Shown in pieces: positions 26,243 through 36,436 of a stretch of 64,000 bases of DNA; position 1 is the first letter of the stretch, and each line of letters starts with the position of its first letter. Under the pieces are notes generated by a model that did not search any database, was not told the DNA's origin, and worked only from the letters and a program-made list of their open reading frames with translations. The DNA comes from Chloroflexota bacterium (GTDB lineage: Bacteria; Chloroflexota; Anaerolineae; Aggregatilineales; Phototrophicaceae): NCBI GenBank assembly GCA_026707225.1, contig JAPOXG010000104.1:425-64424 (forward strand), given 5' to 3'. The position numbers and the translations under genes were made by a program.

Positions 26243-27913
26243 ATGGAAGATTTGAGCGGGTTGGTGGTGGCGGCGCGCAAAGGCGACAGCGATGCCTTTG
26301 AAGAAGTGGTGCGGCGCTTTCAGGATATGGCTGTGGGTTATGGCTACGCGACATTGGGTGATTGGCAGGAAGCGGAGGACGCGGCGCAGGAGGCTTTCAT
26401 CGCGGCTTGGTTTGGCTTGGTGAATCTGCGCGATGTTGCCGCGTTTCCCGGCTGGTTTAGACGGATTGTGCGGACGCAGGCGCATCGGCGTTTGCGCGTG
26501 AAGGAGCCGCCGCTGGTCTCGCTTGAGCAGGTCGGCGAAATAGCGGTTGACGCTGGGGGCGGTCGGGCGGAGATCGCGCCGGTGGCTGACGCGCTGGCAG
26601 CCGCTTTGGAATCTTTGCCGGAGGCGCAGCGCACAGTCGTCCTATTGCACTACATGAATGACTTTCGGCAACGCGAGATCGCGGACTTTATGGAAATCCC
26701 GCTTGGCACAGTCAAATCGCGCTTGTATCACGCGCGTCAATCGATGAAGGAGAGGATGACAGTTTTGAGTGAATTATCAACGCAGCGCCCCTCGCGGGAC
26801 AGCGAGTTTATCGAGAAAGTCATGCGGCTGTTTGACGCCGCCAAAACGGGCGATAGCGGCGCTGTTAAGCGTTTGCTCGTCGAAGACAGCGGCTTGGCCA
26901 ATGCCAGCGGCGCCGTTCGCACATCGCTTTGGGGCTCGGACGCGCTGGCGCTGCATGTGGCCGTGATGCACGGGCGCAAGGACATCGTCGATTTGCTGTT
27001 GGCGCATGGCGCGGATATCAACGCGCGCGACGAGAAATACCGCTTTAACGCTTTGATTCACGCGATCGACCTGGCTGACTTCATGCCAGAATACGCCGCG
27101 CTCGGCATGGTCGATTTTCTGCTGGAGCGGGGCGCCGAGCTGGATATCTGGGCTTGCGCCTGGCTGGGAGATATGGCGGGAGTCAAGGAGCGGCTGGATG
27201 AGAACGCGGCGTTGGTGAACGAGATTGGACCCGGTCCCAGCACGCTGCTTTCATTCTGCCGCGATGTGGAGACGATTCAACTCTACCTGGATTATGGCGC
27301 TGACCCGCTGCGTGTCTATGAGCGGACGGGAAAATACGGGCGGACGACGCCGCTGCGCGATATCGCCTATCGCCGCAATTACGAAGCGACGCGGCATCTG
27401 CTGCGGCATCTTGGCTGGCAGGTCGATATTTTCTGGGCGAGCATCATGGGGGATCTGAGTCGCGTGCGTGGGCTGCTTGCGGAAGATGGCGGGCTGGCGC
27501 ATGCAATCAGCGCTGGCGATCATGTTTTGGGCGCTGGCTTGAGTCCGCTGCATCTGGCGGCGCAGGGCGGTCATATTGAAGTGATGGAGGCGCTGCTGGG
27601 CGGGGGCGCCGATGTGAACGCGGGCGATGCCAATGGCTATACGCCACTGCATTTCGCCATTTGTTTTGGCCCCAAGCAATTTATTGATCCCCTGCCGGAC
27701 TTGACTGCGGCGGCGCAGGATGTCGGCGTGTACCGTCTGTTGACCGAGGCGCCGCGTTTCTTGATTGAGCGGGGCGCGGACTTGAGCGCGCGCGAATCTG
27801 CCCAGAATCGGAATCCGCTGGAGTTGGCGCAATCGCCATTTGAAGACGAGACCGACCGCAGCGATGTGATCGCGCTGCTGGAAGCGGCTGGGCAAACGCT
27901 TGCCTGCTCGTGA
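26243..27913 (+). CDS. ECF-type sigma-70 factor fused to a C-terminal ankyrin-repeat domain
   Basis: Region 2 (AEDAAQEAFIAAW...FPGWFRRIV) and region 4 (LPEAQRTVVLLHYMNDFRQREIADFMEIPLGTVKSRLYHAR). About 370 aa of ankyrin repeats follow (ALHVAVMHGRKDIVDLLLAHGADINARD; SPLHLAAQGGHIEVMEALLGGGADVNAGDANGYTPLHFA). GGAG lies 5 nt before the ATG. Confidence 0.85.
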   Translation: MEDLSGLVVAARKGDSDAFEEVVRRFQDMAVGYGYATLGDWQEAEDAAQEAFIAAWFGLVNLRDVAAFPGWFRRIVRTQAHRRLRVKEPPLVSLEQVGEIAVDAGGGRAEIAPVADALAAALESLPEAQRTVVLLHYMNDFRQREIADFMEIPLGTVKSRLYHARQSMKERMTVLSELSTQRPSRDSEFIEKVMRLFDAAKTGDSGAVKRLLVEDSGLANASGAVRTSLWGSDALALHVAVMHGRKDIVDLLLAHGADINARDEKYRFNALIHAIDLADFMPEYAALGMVDFLLERGAELDIWACAWLGDMAGVKERLDENAALVNEIGPGPSTLLSFCRDVETIQLYLDYGADPLRVYERTGKYGRTTPLRDIAYRRNYEATRHLLRHLGWQVDIFWASIMGDLSRVRGLLAEDGGLAHAISAGDHVLGAGLSPLHLAAQGGHIEVMEALLGGGADVNAGDANGYTPLHFAICFGPKQFIDPLPDLTAAAQDVGVYRLLTEAPRFLIERGADLSARESAQNRNPLELAQSPFEDETDRSDVIALLEAAGQTLACS

Positions 27914-28020
27914 CGACAAACGCGGGCGGGCGCCAATTGAACCAGAGGCCCCGCCCGGCAACTCGGACGACAGGGCAACAATGGACCCTTCTTGACAGCA
28001 TCAATCTCTTTGTAACGGCT

Positions 28021-29304
28021 TTAGAGCGCTGGCTTGAGCTTGCGCTTTGGTTTGCTTACGAAGACGTAGAGCCAGAAGAGCAGGGTGCCGATAAAGGAGA
28101 TCAACGCGCCCAGCAGGAATAAGTCGCGGAAGGCAAAAGCCGACAGTATGAAGCCGCCGCCGAGAGCCATCATGGCGAAGCTCATGCCGCCGGCCGCTTC
28201 GCCCGTGCCCGCCATCAGCGCCTGCTGCTTCGGCGGCGCCAGATCGAGGATATAGACGATGAAGGCGGTATATCGCACGGACATCATGCTAATCGCGCCG
28301 ATATAGCCGAAGGACGCAGCCAGCCAATGTTCCACCAGCGCCATGGGAATGAGACAGAGCGTCGCGACAAAGGATGAGACGATAACGACGCGGATATTGC
28401 CCCAGCGCTGAACCAGAGCTGGCGTCAATAGCGCCGTCGGCACGCCGGTCAAACGCCCGATGGCGGCCATCGAGCCGATCAGCGCGGTTGATACCGCCAG
28501 ATGCTGATCCATATATACATTGAAATAGACCATCGCCGTCGCCGAGCCCGCGACTTGAAACAGGCGAATGACCGTCATGATGACAATCAGCATCAGGACA
28601 GATGCCGCCCAGCCATTGGGGGCGCCTTGACGAGTCTTTGCGCGTTGGTGTTGGGATTGCGTCTCCTTGGGCGGCAGCGGACGAAGGCGCAGGGCGAGGA
28701 TTGTGGACAGCGCCAGCACGACCGTCGCCAGGGCAAAAGTGAGGCGATAGGGGGCGGGGTCGGCCAGAGTCCAGCCGTGCATGCCGGCGATGGCTCCGGG
28801 CAGGATGCCGCCGATGAGACTGCCGGCGAATCCAGCCAATGACCAATGCGCCGCTTTCAGGGCGAAGGCGTGATTCTTGTAGGCGTCATCGACCACATTG
28901 AGCAAGAAAGGCGCGCCGTTGACGAAGACGAAGGCGAATCCGCCAAACATTAAGGCGGGTGGCGCCACCAGCCCAAGCTCGCGCCAGCCGGGCGGCAGCC
29001 ATTCCGCCATCGGCAGCATGATCCCGCCGGCCAGGCATAGAAATGCGCCGAACTTCATCAGCGCCGTGGTGGACATGCGCGAGCCGAGGATGCCGGCTGG
29101 CAAGCTGGCCAAGCCGAAGGTCAGCAAACTGACCGCGTTCACCAACCCGATGAATTCGGTGCCGTAATCCAGGCGCAGCAAATAGAGATTGAGCAGTACG
29201 GAAACGAGGCCATCGGCGACAAAGGTCAAGCCGACGATGACGGCGAAGTAAAGGCGCGCCTGCGAGTTAATTGCGCGAATGGGACTGAGGATGCGTCCGA
29301 GCAC
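28021..29304 (-). CDS. MFS transporter
   Basis: 12 predicted TM helices with a central basic loop (RPLPPKETQSQHQRAKTRQG). Confidence 0.8.
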   Translation of the reverse strand: MLGRILSPIRAINSQARLYFAVIVGLTFVADGLVSVLLNLYLLRLDYGTEFIGLVNAVSLLTFGLASLPAGILGSRMSTTALMKFGAFLCLAGGIMLPMAEWLPPGWRELGLVAPPALMFGGFAFVFVNGAPFLLNVVDDAYKNHAFALKAAHWSLAGFAGSLIGGILPGAIAGMHGWTLADPAPYRLTFALATVVLALSTILALRLRPLPPKETQSQHQRAKTRQGAPNGWAASVLMLIVIMTVIRLFQVAGSATAMVYFNVYMDQHLAVSTALIGSMAAIGRLTGVPTALLTPALVQRWGNIRVVIVSSFVATLCLIPMALVEHWLAASFGYIGAISMMSVRYTAFIVYILDLAPPKQQALMAGTGEAAGGMSFAMMALGGGFILSAFAFRDLFLLGALISFIGTLLFWLYVFVSKPKRKLKPAL

Positions 29305-29333
29305 CGGTGCGTTTACCCCTCACCCCAGAAATT

Positions 29334-29364
29334 GTAGGGGCGACCCACCGGGTCGCCCGCTTAC
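29334..29364. repeat. REP-like palindromic element
   Basis: GTAGGGGCGACCCACCGGGTCGCCCGCTTAC. Confidence 0.65.
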
Positions 29365-29392
29365 ATACCCGTGCAAGACGACCATCCTCTGA

Positions 29393-29830
29393 TTAATCGA
29401 CTATCTCGAACATCGCTTCGATTTCGACGGCGAAGCCATTGGGCAGGGAAGCGAAACCGAGGGCGCTGCGGGCATGCCGCTCGCCATCGTAGAGCTCCCA
29501 GAACAGCTCCGAGGCGCCGTTGATGACCAGGTGCTGGTCGGTGAATTCGGGCATGGAGTTGACGCAGCCCAGCAGCTTGCGCAGGCGCAGCTGGTCGACC
29601 GAGCCGGTGATGGTATAGGCCGCCTTGAGCAGATCTTCGGCGCAGACGCGGGCGGCTTTTTTGCCTTCTTCGACATCGAGATCACGGCCGAGCTTGCCGG
29701 TGAAACCGGTGGAGACGTGGCCCGAGACGTAAACGGTGCTGCCGATGCGTGTCGCTGGCGCCAGCGTGGCCGAGGGACTGAAGTCTTCGATATCAATGCC
29801 CATCGCTTTGACTTTGTCGTCGAGTGACAT
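29393..29830 (-). CDS. RidA/YjgF/L-PSP family protein
   Basis: About 145 aa. GFAVEIEAMFEI C-terminus and a YVSGH-type core. Confidence 0.8.
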   Translation of the reverse strand: MSLDDKVKAMGIDIEDFSPSATLAPATRIGSTVYVSGHVSTGFTGKLGRDLDVEEGKKAARVCAEDLLKAAYTITGSVDQLRLRKLLGCVNSMPEFTDQHLVINGASELFWELYDGERHARSALGFASLPNGFAVEIEAMFEIVD

Positions 29831-29949
29831 GCTGTTTCCTCCCCAAAGTACGGTATTTCATCTGCGTGGCAATGCGAGGATTATAGGCGCGATGGCGGGC
29901 TGCGCCATACCCAAAAGGCGGCTCACCCATCCGCGCCCCCACCAACGTG

Positions 29950-30025
29950 TGTAGAAGCAAGCCTTGGCTCGCCTGCGCAAATTAGCCTGCTGCATGTACG
30001 GGCGAGCCGGCGTCTCGCCCATAGG
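29950..30025. repeat. Two REP-like elements (one degenerate)
   Basis: GTAGAAGCAAGCCTTGGCTCGCCTGCGC and GTACGGGCGAGCCGGCGTCTCGCCCATAGG. Confidence 0.5.
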
Positions 30026-30370
30026 GTGAAGTCTAATGATGTTACCGCGGCGGGTCGGCCACCGGCTGCCCCCTACAGGAATCTATTGGATTGGGGAAAC
30101 GTAAGGCGATCGGCGGTTGCCCCGCCAGTTTTCGAGGCGACAAAGGACGGGAGCCCGCCAGCCATTCGACTTTCTTGCGAATTTACAATCCCGCGATATG
30201 CTTGTAGAACGCTGTTTCTAGCCTTGGCGCGCGCTTTATGGCGGCCTGTGGTGAGGAGATCAGATGTGTTTGGCCGCTTACTTGAGCATTGGCAAGGAGG
30301 TGCTGAGCCGAGATAAAGCGTGTACCTGAAGATGTTTTCGTAAACAAGCATATTTCGAGGAGAATTCATT

Positions 30371-31660
30371 ATGAGAAGGCATTTGAGCAGGCGCGACTTT
30401 CTGAAGGCATCGGGTGGCTTGGCCGCCGGCGGTTTGCTGGCTTCCGTCACCCCCGCCTTTGCCCAGGACGGCGTCACCATTCGTTCGCATACGCGCAGCG
30501 GAAGACAGGCGGACGCGCAAAGACATTGGGCGGAAATCTTCAACGAGGACATGGCCGGCGAAGCCAACGTCGTCATTGAAGACTTCCCCGGCTCCGAGTA
30601 TTTCCAGAAGATCAATACGCTGGCGGCCGGCGGCACGATGGGCGATGTGATCTGGATCTCGTCCATTGAGGGCTACTTCCGGCTGGCGGCGACCGGCGTG
30701 CTCCAGCCGATAGACGATGTCATTGAAAGCCTGGGCTATGACCTGGACGAACATTACCCGGCGACGACTTCGGCAGCGCGCTTGAATGGACAACTGTACG
30801 GCATTCCCATCCTGGCGCATCCCGGGCGCGTCGGCTTGTTCTTCAACAAGACCATCTTTGATGACGCCGGCGTCGATTACCCGGACGAGACCTGGACCAT
30901 GGATGACTTCCTGGCCGCCGCTATCGAGGTGACCGACCCCGACCGGCGCATCTGGGGCTTCGTCGATCCGGAAGGCTCCTACTTCACCTCGATTGTTTTC
31001 ATTCGCGCCTTTGGTGGCGATACGCTCAACGCCGACGGCACCGAGTCGCTGCTGAATTCGGAAGAATCGATCGCCGCCTTGAAATTCCAGAGCGCGCTCT
31101 ATAACGAGCACAAGGTCGCGCCCGTGCCCGGCACCGCGCTGCAGGGGCCTTACCAGCTCTTCGCCGCCAACCAACTGGCGATGTTCCAGTCGGGTTTCTG
31201 GGGCAGCGGGGTCGCGCAATTTGTCGAGGATCCGAGCATCGTCGGCGTCGCGCCGATGCCGATTGGTCCCTCGGGCCAGCGCGGCAGCATGTTTGAGTTT
31301 GATCCGCTCTGCGTGACTTCCTTCACCGAGCATCCGGAAGAATCCTTCAAGTGGGTGGATTACAATACCGGCTTTGACGCGCAGCTGCGCGTGACCAAGC
31401 TGCACAACGTGACAGCCAGCCGGCCGGCAGTGATGGCGGATGACGTGGTGCAGGAGAGCGATACCTTGCGCGTATTCTCGGGCGTCATGGCCGATGCCTT
31501 GCCGCTGGTGCTGCCGGCGAACTTCCGCGAGACTGAGCACTTCAAATTCATCGGCGACCAGATTCAGGCGCTGTGGCTGGGCTTGGCGTCCGTCGACGAT
31601 ATCATCGAAGATCTCAACTCCGGCGCCCAGGCCATCCTGGACAAGCCAGCGCTGGGATAA
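30371..31660 (+). CDS. Sugar ABC transporter substrate-binding protein (family 1) with a Tat-type signal
   Basis: MRRHLSRRDFLKASGGLAAGGLLA twin-arginine signal. SBP_bac_1-like length. Two CUT1 permease genes follow. Confidence 0.85.
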   Translation: MRRHLSRRDFLKASGGLAAGGLLASVTPAFAQDGVTIRSHTRSGRQADAQRHWAEIFNEDMAGEANVVIEDFPGSEYFQKINTLAAGGTMGDVIWISSIEGYFRLAATGVLQPIDDVIESLGYDLDEHYPATTSAARLNGQLYGIPILAHPGRVGLFFNKTIFDDAGVDYPDETWTMDDFLAAAIEVTDPDRRIWGFVDPEGSYFTSIVFIRAFGGDTLNADGTESLLNSEESIAALKFQSALYNEHKVAPVPGTALQGPYQLFAANQLAMFQSGFWGSGVAQFVEDPSIVGVAPMPIGPSGQRGSMFEFDPLCVTSFTEHPEESFKWVDYNTGFDAQLRVTKLHNVTASRPAVMADDVVQESDTLRVFSGVMADALPLVLPANFRETEHFKFIGDQIQALWLGLASVDDIIEDLNSGAQAILDKPALG

Positions 31661-31687
31661 TGCGCAACGGCCTACGTGTCGATCTGT

Positions 31688-31756
31688 CGGGGCGACATAC
31701 TATGTCGCCCGCACATGAAATCTGACCTTTGGGCGATATGATATATCGCCCCTACA
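31688..31756. repeat. Two REP-like elements
   Basis: CGGGGCGACATACTATGTCGCCCGCAC and TGGGCGATATGATATATCGCCCCTACA. Confidence 0.6.
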
Positions 31757-31780
31757 ACAGATATCCACAAGAGCAATTGA

Positions 31781-32740
31781 ATGATTGCCCCAATCAAGCG
31801 GCGCCTTGGCTTGTGTACGCCTTTGACCTTGAGTCAAAGGGAAGCGGTGCAAGGCTTCATTTACATCTCTCCCTGGATCATCGGTTTTCTGGTCTTCACG
31901 GTGGGGCCGATGATAGCGTCGGCTTATCTGAGCTTGACGGATTACAACATCGTCACGCCGCCGCGCTGGGCCGGGCTGAACAATTATGAATACATGTTCG
32001 GCGACAAACTCTTTTGGAAATCAATCGAGAATACGCTCTATTACACCGTAATCTTTGTGCCTATCGCCATTGCCGGTTCGCTGGCTTTGGCCATGCTGCT
32101 CAATCAGCAGATCGCGGGAAGAGTCGCATTGCGAACGCTGTATTTTCTGCCGTCGGTGACGCCGGTGGTGGCGGCCGCCTTCCTCTGGCTATGGATCTTC
32201 CAGCCGCAGATCGGGCTGATGAACAGCATCATCTCGGCGCTGGGCTTGGGCAATGGTCCGCTTTGGCTGGGGCATCCCGGTTCGTCGAAGCCGGCGCTGA
32301 TCATCATCAGCTTGTGGGGCGCGCTCGGCGGCAACACGATGCTGATCTTTCTGGCGGCGCTGCAGGGCATCCCCAAGGAGCTCTATGAATCGGCCGATAT
32401 CGATGGCGCGGGCGGCCTTGGGAAGTTCCGCTATATCACAGTGCCGAGTATATCGCCGGTCATCCTCTTCAACACGGTGCTCGGGGTCATCGGGGCGCTG
32501 CAGATGTTCACGCTGGCTTATGTCGCGAGCAGCGGTCGGCAGCAGCAGTTTTCACCGGGCGGTCCCCTGAATTCGACCCTGTTCTATGTGCTGCACTTGT
32601 ACAACAGCGCCTTTGACTTTTGGGAGATGGGCTATGCCTCGGCGCTGGCTTGGGTCTTCTTCGTCATCGTGCTGGCGATCACCGGCTTTCAATTGTGGAC
32701 GTCCCGCCGCTGGGTCTATTACGAAGGCGAGGACAGTTAG
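31781..32740 (+). CDS. Carbohydrate ABC transporter permease (MalF/UgpA-like)
   Basis: Six TM helices and an EAA loop (ESADIDGAGGLGKFRYITVP). Confidence 0.9.
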   Translation: MIAPIKRRLGLCTPLTLSQREAVQGFIYISPWIIGFLVFTVGPMIASAYLSLTDYNIVTPPRWAGLNNYEYMFGDKLFWKSIENTLYYTVIFVPIAIAGSLALAMLLNQQIAGRVALRTLYFLPSVTPVVAAAFLWLWIFQPQIGLMNSIISALGLGNGPLWLGHPGSSKPALIIISLWGALGGNTMLIFLAALQGIPKELYESADIDGAGGLGKFRYITVPSISPVILFNTVLGVIGALQMFTLAYVASSGRQQQFSPGGPLNSTLFYVLHLYNSAFDFWEMGYASALAWVFFVIVLAITGFQLWTSRRWVYYEGEDS

Positions 32741-32774
32741 GTATCGGCGATGAAAGGGCAGGGGAAGCAGAGAC

Positions 32775-33644
32775 GTGTTGAGTGAAATGCTGCCGGCTTG
32801 GCGGGTGAAGCGCATCATCCGCTACGTCTTGTTGTATGCCGTCGCCTATGGCTTGACGATCATATTTGCCTTGCCGTTCTTGTGGGCGGTCTCGTCGTCG
32901 CTGAAGCCGGTCAACGAGCTGTTTCTTTGGCCGCCGCAGTTGATTCCCAAGACTTGGCGTTTTGAGAATTATGTCGAGATCTGGCATGTGGCGCCGCTGG
33001 CGCGCTTCTTTGTCAACACCGTGTTCGTGACGGTCTTTTCGGTTTCGGGTCGGATTCTGTCGGCGGCTTTGGTCGCTTATGGTTTTGCGCGCTTCCGCTT
33101 TCCCTTCCGCAATATCCTATTTCTTCTGTTGCTGAGCACGCTGATGCTGCCATATCAGGTCACGATCATTCCGACATTTTTGCTGTTCAAAGCCTTCGGC
33201 TGGCTGGATACTTATAATCCGCTGATTATTCCGAATTGGTTTGGCGGCGGCGCCTTCGCCATATTCCTGTTCCGGCAGTTCTTCTTGACGATCCCCAAGG
33301 ACCTGGACGAAGCGGCCAAAATTGACGGGGCCAATACGCTTTGGATTTTCATACGCATTATTTTGCCGCTGTCGAAACCAGTGGTCATCACCATGATCGT
33401 CATCGGTTTCCTGGAGAGCTGGAATGACTTTTTCGGACCGCTGATTTACCTGAATACGCCGGAGAAGTATACGCTTTCGCTGGGTTTGGCAAATTTCCAA
33501 CGGGTCGTTTCGGCTGGCGGACAAGCGACCGAGCATCTGCTGATGGCGGCATCCATGGTGATGACCCTGCCCAGCATTTTGGTATTCATCCTCTTGCAGC
33601 GCTATTATATTCAGGGCGTCGTCATCTCGTCAGGCAGCAAGTAG
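32775..33644 (+). CDS. Carbohydrate ABC transporter permease (MalG/UgpE-like)
   Basis: EAA loop EAAKIDGANTLWIFIRIILPLSKP. Confidence 0.9.
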   Translation: MLSEMLPAWRVKRIIRYVLLYAVAYGLTIIFALPFLWAVSSSLKPVNELFLWPPQLIPKTWRFENYVEIWHVAPLARFFVNTVFVTVFSVSGRILSAALVAYGFARFRFPFRNILFLLLLSTLMLPYQVTIIPTFLLFKAFGWLDTYNPLIIPNWFGGGAFAIFLFRQFFLTIPKDLDEAAKIDGANTLWIFIRIILPLSKPVVITMIVIGFLESWNDFFGPLIYLNTPEKYTLSLGLANFQRVVSAGGQATEHLLMAASMVMTLPSILVFILLQRYYIQGVVISSGSK

Positions 33645-33713
33645 ACGCCGCGGGCGACTCATCGAATTCGTATTCGCCGCCAGTCAGCGGCTTGCAGAGG
33701 AATCCCAGCGCCA

Positions 33714-34739
33714 ATGGAAAACCTGAGCGTTCTCTTTACCGAGCCCGATCGCGTCGAAACTCAGCGGATAGACGATGACATCGGGCGACTGCGCGCGCGC
33801 GATGTTTTGGTCAAGACGCATTATTCGCTGGTCAGCGCCGCGACTGAGCTCGCTTGTTTATCGGGTAGTCAACGCTGGTTCCCCTTTCCGGGGACGCCGG
33901 GTTACGCCGCCGTTGGCGAAGTCCTCGAGGCGGGCGATGAGATCAGCGATGTCGCGCCGGGCGACATGGTGCATTACTGGGGCGGGCACAAGCAGTACAG
34001 CCTTGTCGATGCGGCTCGCTCGCAGTCAATCTGCCTGAAAGTACCAGAAGGGCTGCCGCTGGAGTGGGCGCCCTTCACGCGGATGGCGATCATCGCCATG
34101 ACTTCGCTGCGGATTTCGAATATTGAGCTGGGGGATTGGGTCGGCGTGCTCGGGTTGGGCACGGTCGGTAATCTCGCTGCCCAGCTGGCGGGCTTGCAGG
34201 GCGGGCGCGTGATCGGGCTGGACTTGAACGAGGGGCGCATCCGGCTAGCGCGCGACTGCGGCATTCCGCACGCGCTTCCAATCAACCCGGAGACGGTCAA
34301 GGATGACATCGGCGCGATAACCGATGGCGAGTTCCTGTCCACGCTGATTGAGGCGACTGGCGTGCCAGCGGCGCTGCCTCCCGCGCTGCCGACTGTTGGG
34401 CGCTACGGCGAAGTGATCCTGTTGGGTACGCCGCGCGGCGTCCACGAGGCCGACTTAACCAGCAGCATACTCGACTACATTCATCTGCATGGGCACGGCA
34501 ATATCACCTTCAAAGGCGCGCATGAGTGGCGTTATCCGGTGGCGCGCGATCCCTACGTCAAGCATTCGATGGCGCGCAATTCGGAAATCGCAATGGGTCT
34601 GATTGCTTCCGGCGCGCTCAAGGTGGGACCCATGCATACACATACCCTGTCGCCGGCCGAGGCGCCACGCGCCTACGAAGGATTAAAGAGCGCCAAGGAC
34701 GAGTACGTCGGCGTCATCTTCGATTGGACGGGTGTGTAG
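33714..34739 (+). CDS. Medium-chain dehydrogenase/reductase (zinc-type alcohol dehydrogenase family)
   Basis: GYAAVGEV (GHE-like position) and a Rossmann motif VLGLGTVG. Confidence 0.7.
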   Translation: MENLSVLFTEPDRVETQRIDDDIGRLRARDVLVKTHYSLVSAATELACLSGSQRWFPFPGTPGYAAVGEVLEAGDEISDVAPGDMVHYWGGHKQYSLVDAARSQSICLKVPEGLPLEWAPFTRMAIIAMTSLRISNIELGDWVGVLGLGTVGNLAAQLAGLQGGRVIGLDLNEGRIRLARDCGIPHALPINPETVKDDIGAITDGEFLSTLIEATGVPAALPPALPTVGRYGEVILLGTPRGVHEADLTSSILDYIHLHGHGNITFKGAHEWRYPVARDPYVKHSMARNSEIAMGLIASGALKVGPMHTHTLSPAEAPRAYEGLKSAKDEYVGVIFDWTGV

Positions 34740-34775
34740 CTGCTCCAAACAGGGTGCGAATACGCAATTTGCTAC

Positions 34776-35150
34776 TCAGCCGTCGCGCATTGTGCTGCTT
34801 GATTTTGCCGAATCATCAAGGTGTATTAGAAGCGCCATAACAGCTAGTTTCAGCGTTGGAAGATCTTCCTGCGTGAATCTCCAAACCAGATCAACCCGAA
34901 CTCGGTCATATTGGTGAATCAAGATATCACGGAAGCCGGCAAAGTCACTCCAGGCAACGTCAGGATGCTGCTCTTGCAGCGTTCGGTCCAAGCGTTTGAC
35001 CACTTCGCCAATCACCTCGAAGCTTCTTATAACGCCATCTTGTAACAGCTCTGATGCGAGGAACGCATCTCTCCCGTCAACTGTGTAAGTTTCGATGCGC
35101 CGGATGCGATCGAGGATATCGCGGCAATAGATGTGTTGTACCCTGGTCAC
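34776..35150 (-). CDS. hepT: HepT-like (DUF86) RNase toxin
   Basis: RX4HXY motif FRDILIHQY. There is a 4-nt overlap with the upstream MNT gene. Confidence 0.85.
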   Translation of the reverse strand: MTRVQHIYCRDILDRIRRIETYTVDGRDAFLASELLQDGVIRSFEVIGEVVKRLDRTLQEQHPDVAWSDFAGFRDILIHQYDRVRVDLVWRFTQEDLPTLKLAVMALLIHLDDSAKSSSTMRDG

Positions 35151-35509
35151 AAGGGTTGGGCTTCCCGAATGATGCTTTCTCGTAGTTCAGGCCTGAGCGC
35201 CAGTCGATCAACCACTTCGACGCGACGACCGAGCAATTGCCGCAAGCTCTGCGTGAGGCGGATATGGTCGCGGAGACTGTAGTCTGGATCGAAGTCAACC
35301 AGAAAGTCAATATCGCTATTGAGTCCTAAAGCTCCGTGCAGAACCGATCCAAATACGGCGATTTGGCGTACACGATGTCGCTGCGCGAGAGCTAGGATTC
35401 GCTCGCGCTGCTGGCGAAGGTCGTCAAGTGTGTGGATTGCCTCTACTGCCATAATTGATAGTCCAGCGATATTGTTTGCCCTGCACTCACTCTTCATATT
35501 GTAATCCAA
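35147..35509 (-). CDS. mntA: MNT-type nucleotidyltransferase antitoxin (start uncertain: 35509 TTG, 35497 or 35452 ATG)
   Basis: GSVLHGALGLNSDIDFLVDF matches GSX10DXD. Confidence 0.85.
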   Translation of the reverse strand: MDYNMKSECRANNIAGLSIMAVEAIHTLDDLRQQRERILALAQRHRVRQIAVFGSVLHGALGLNSDIDFLVDFDPDYSLRDHIRLTQSLRQLLGRRVEVVDRLALRPELRESIIREAQPL

Positions 35510-35548
35510 AATTCAGAAGCTGAGTCATTCAGACCGGTATCGAGGCCT

Positions 35549-36436
35549 TCATTCCCCCCGCAGGCGCGGGTCGAGGATATCGCGCAGGCCATCGCCGATG
35601 AAGTTGAAAGCCATCACCAGGCTGGCGATCGCCAAGCCGGGGAAGAGCCACATCCACCATTGATCGAAGAAATGGATGCCGATGCTGACCATCCGCCCCC
35701 ATTCGGGCGAGGATGGCTCCGGACCCAAGCCGATGAAACTGAGCGCGGCAAAGCTGAGGATTGCCGTGCCGATATCGAGGGTGGCGAGGATGACCGCCGG
35801 GGCGATGCAGTTGGGCAAGATGGTGCGAAAGAGTATGTAGGCTCCGCTTGCGCCAGCGCTGTGAGCCGCCTCGACATATTCTTGCGATTTGACCTCCAGC
35901 ACGAGCCCGCGCAAGATTCGGGCGTAGCGGGGCCACCAAACCGCGCTGAGCGCCAATACGGCATTACGGATATCGGGACCAAGGGCGGCGGTCACTGCCA
36001 TTGCCAAAATGATGAAGGGAAAAGCCATGAAGAGCTCGGTAAGGCGCATGAGAAACTCGTCGACCAGCCCGCCGGCGTAACCGGCTACCGCGCCGATGAT
36101 GACGCCCAGCGTGCTGCCGATGACGATGACCGACAAGCCCGCCGGAATGGTAATGCGCGAGCCCCATAGAACGCGGCTGAAAATATCGCGACCTAATTCG
36201 TCTGACCCGGCGAAAAAAAACGCGTTTGGCGCTTGCAGGCGCTTGGCTAGGTCCTGCTGCAATGGTGGAAAGGGAGCGATAAGAGGCGACGTAAAAGCAA
36301 TCAGAATCCACAGTGTGGCCGCAATCAGCCCAAGCGTGACCAGCGGATTGCGGCGCAAATGATACAGCGCAGCCTGCCGCCGACTACGCGATGCGGATAC
36401 GGGGGTCGAGGAAGAAATAGAGGATATCGACGACAA
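35549..36436 (-). CDS. Peptide/nickel-type ABC transporter permease (DppC/OppC-like)
   Basis: GSDELGRDIFSRVLWG signature and a BPD_transp_1 core. Confidence 0.85.
   Translation of the reverse strand: MSSISSISSSTPVSASRSRRQAALYHLRRNPLVTLGLIAATLWILIAFTSPLIAPFPPLQQDLAKRLQAPNAFFFAGSDELGRDIFSRVLWGSRITIPAGLSVIVIGSTLGVIIGAVAGYAGGLVDEFLMRLTELFMAFPFIILAMAVTAALGPDIRNAVLALSAVWWPRYARILRGLVLEVKSQEYVEAAHSAGASGAYILFRTILPNCIAPAVILATLDIGTAILSFAALSFIGLGPEPSSPEWGRMVSIGIHFFDQWWMWLFPGLAIASLVMAFNFIGDGLRDILDPRLRGE

Noticed and set aside
30026-30316. 96-aa ORF in the long intergenic region upstream of the sugar substrate-binding-protein gene
   Set aside because: It spans REP-like elements. It has no ribosome-binding site and an Arg/Ala/Pro-rich translation. 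It is more likely non-coding leader or promoter DNA.
30278-31540. 420-aa minus-strand ORF
   Set aside because: It is entirely antisense to the well-supported Tat-signal substrate-binding-protein gene. Its Arg/Gly/Ala-rich low-complexity translation is typical of shadow ORFs in high-GC DNA.
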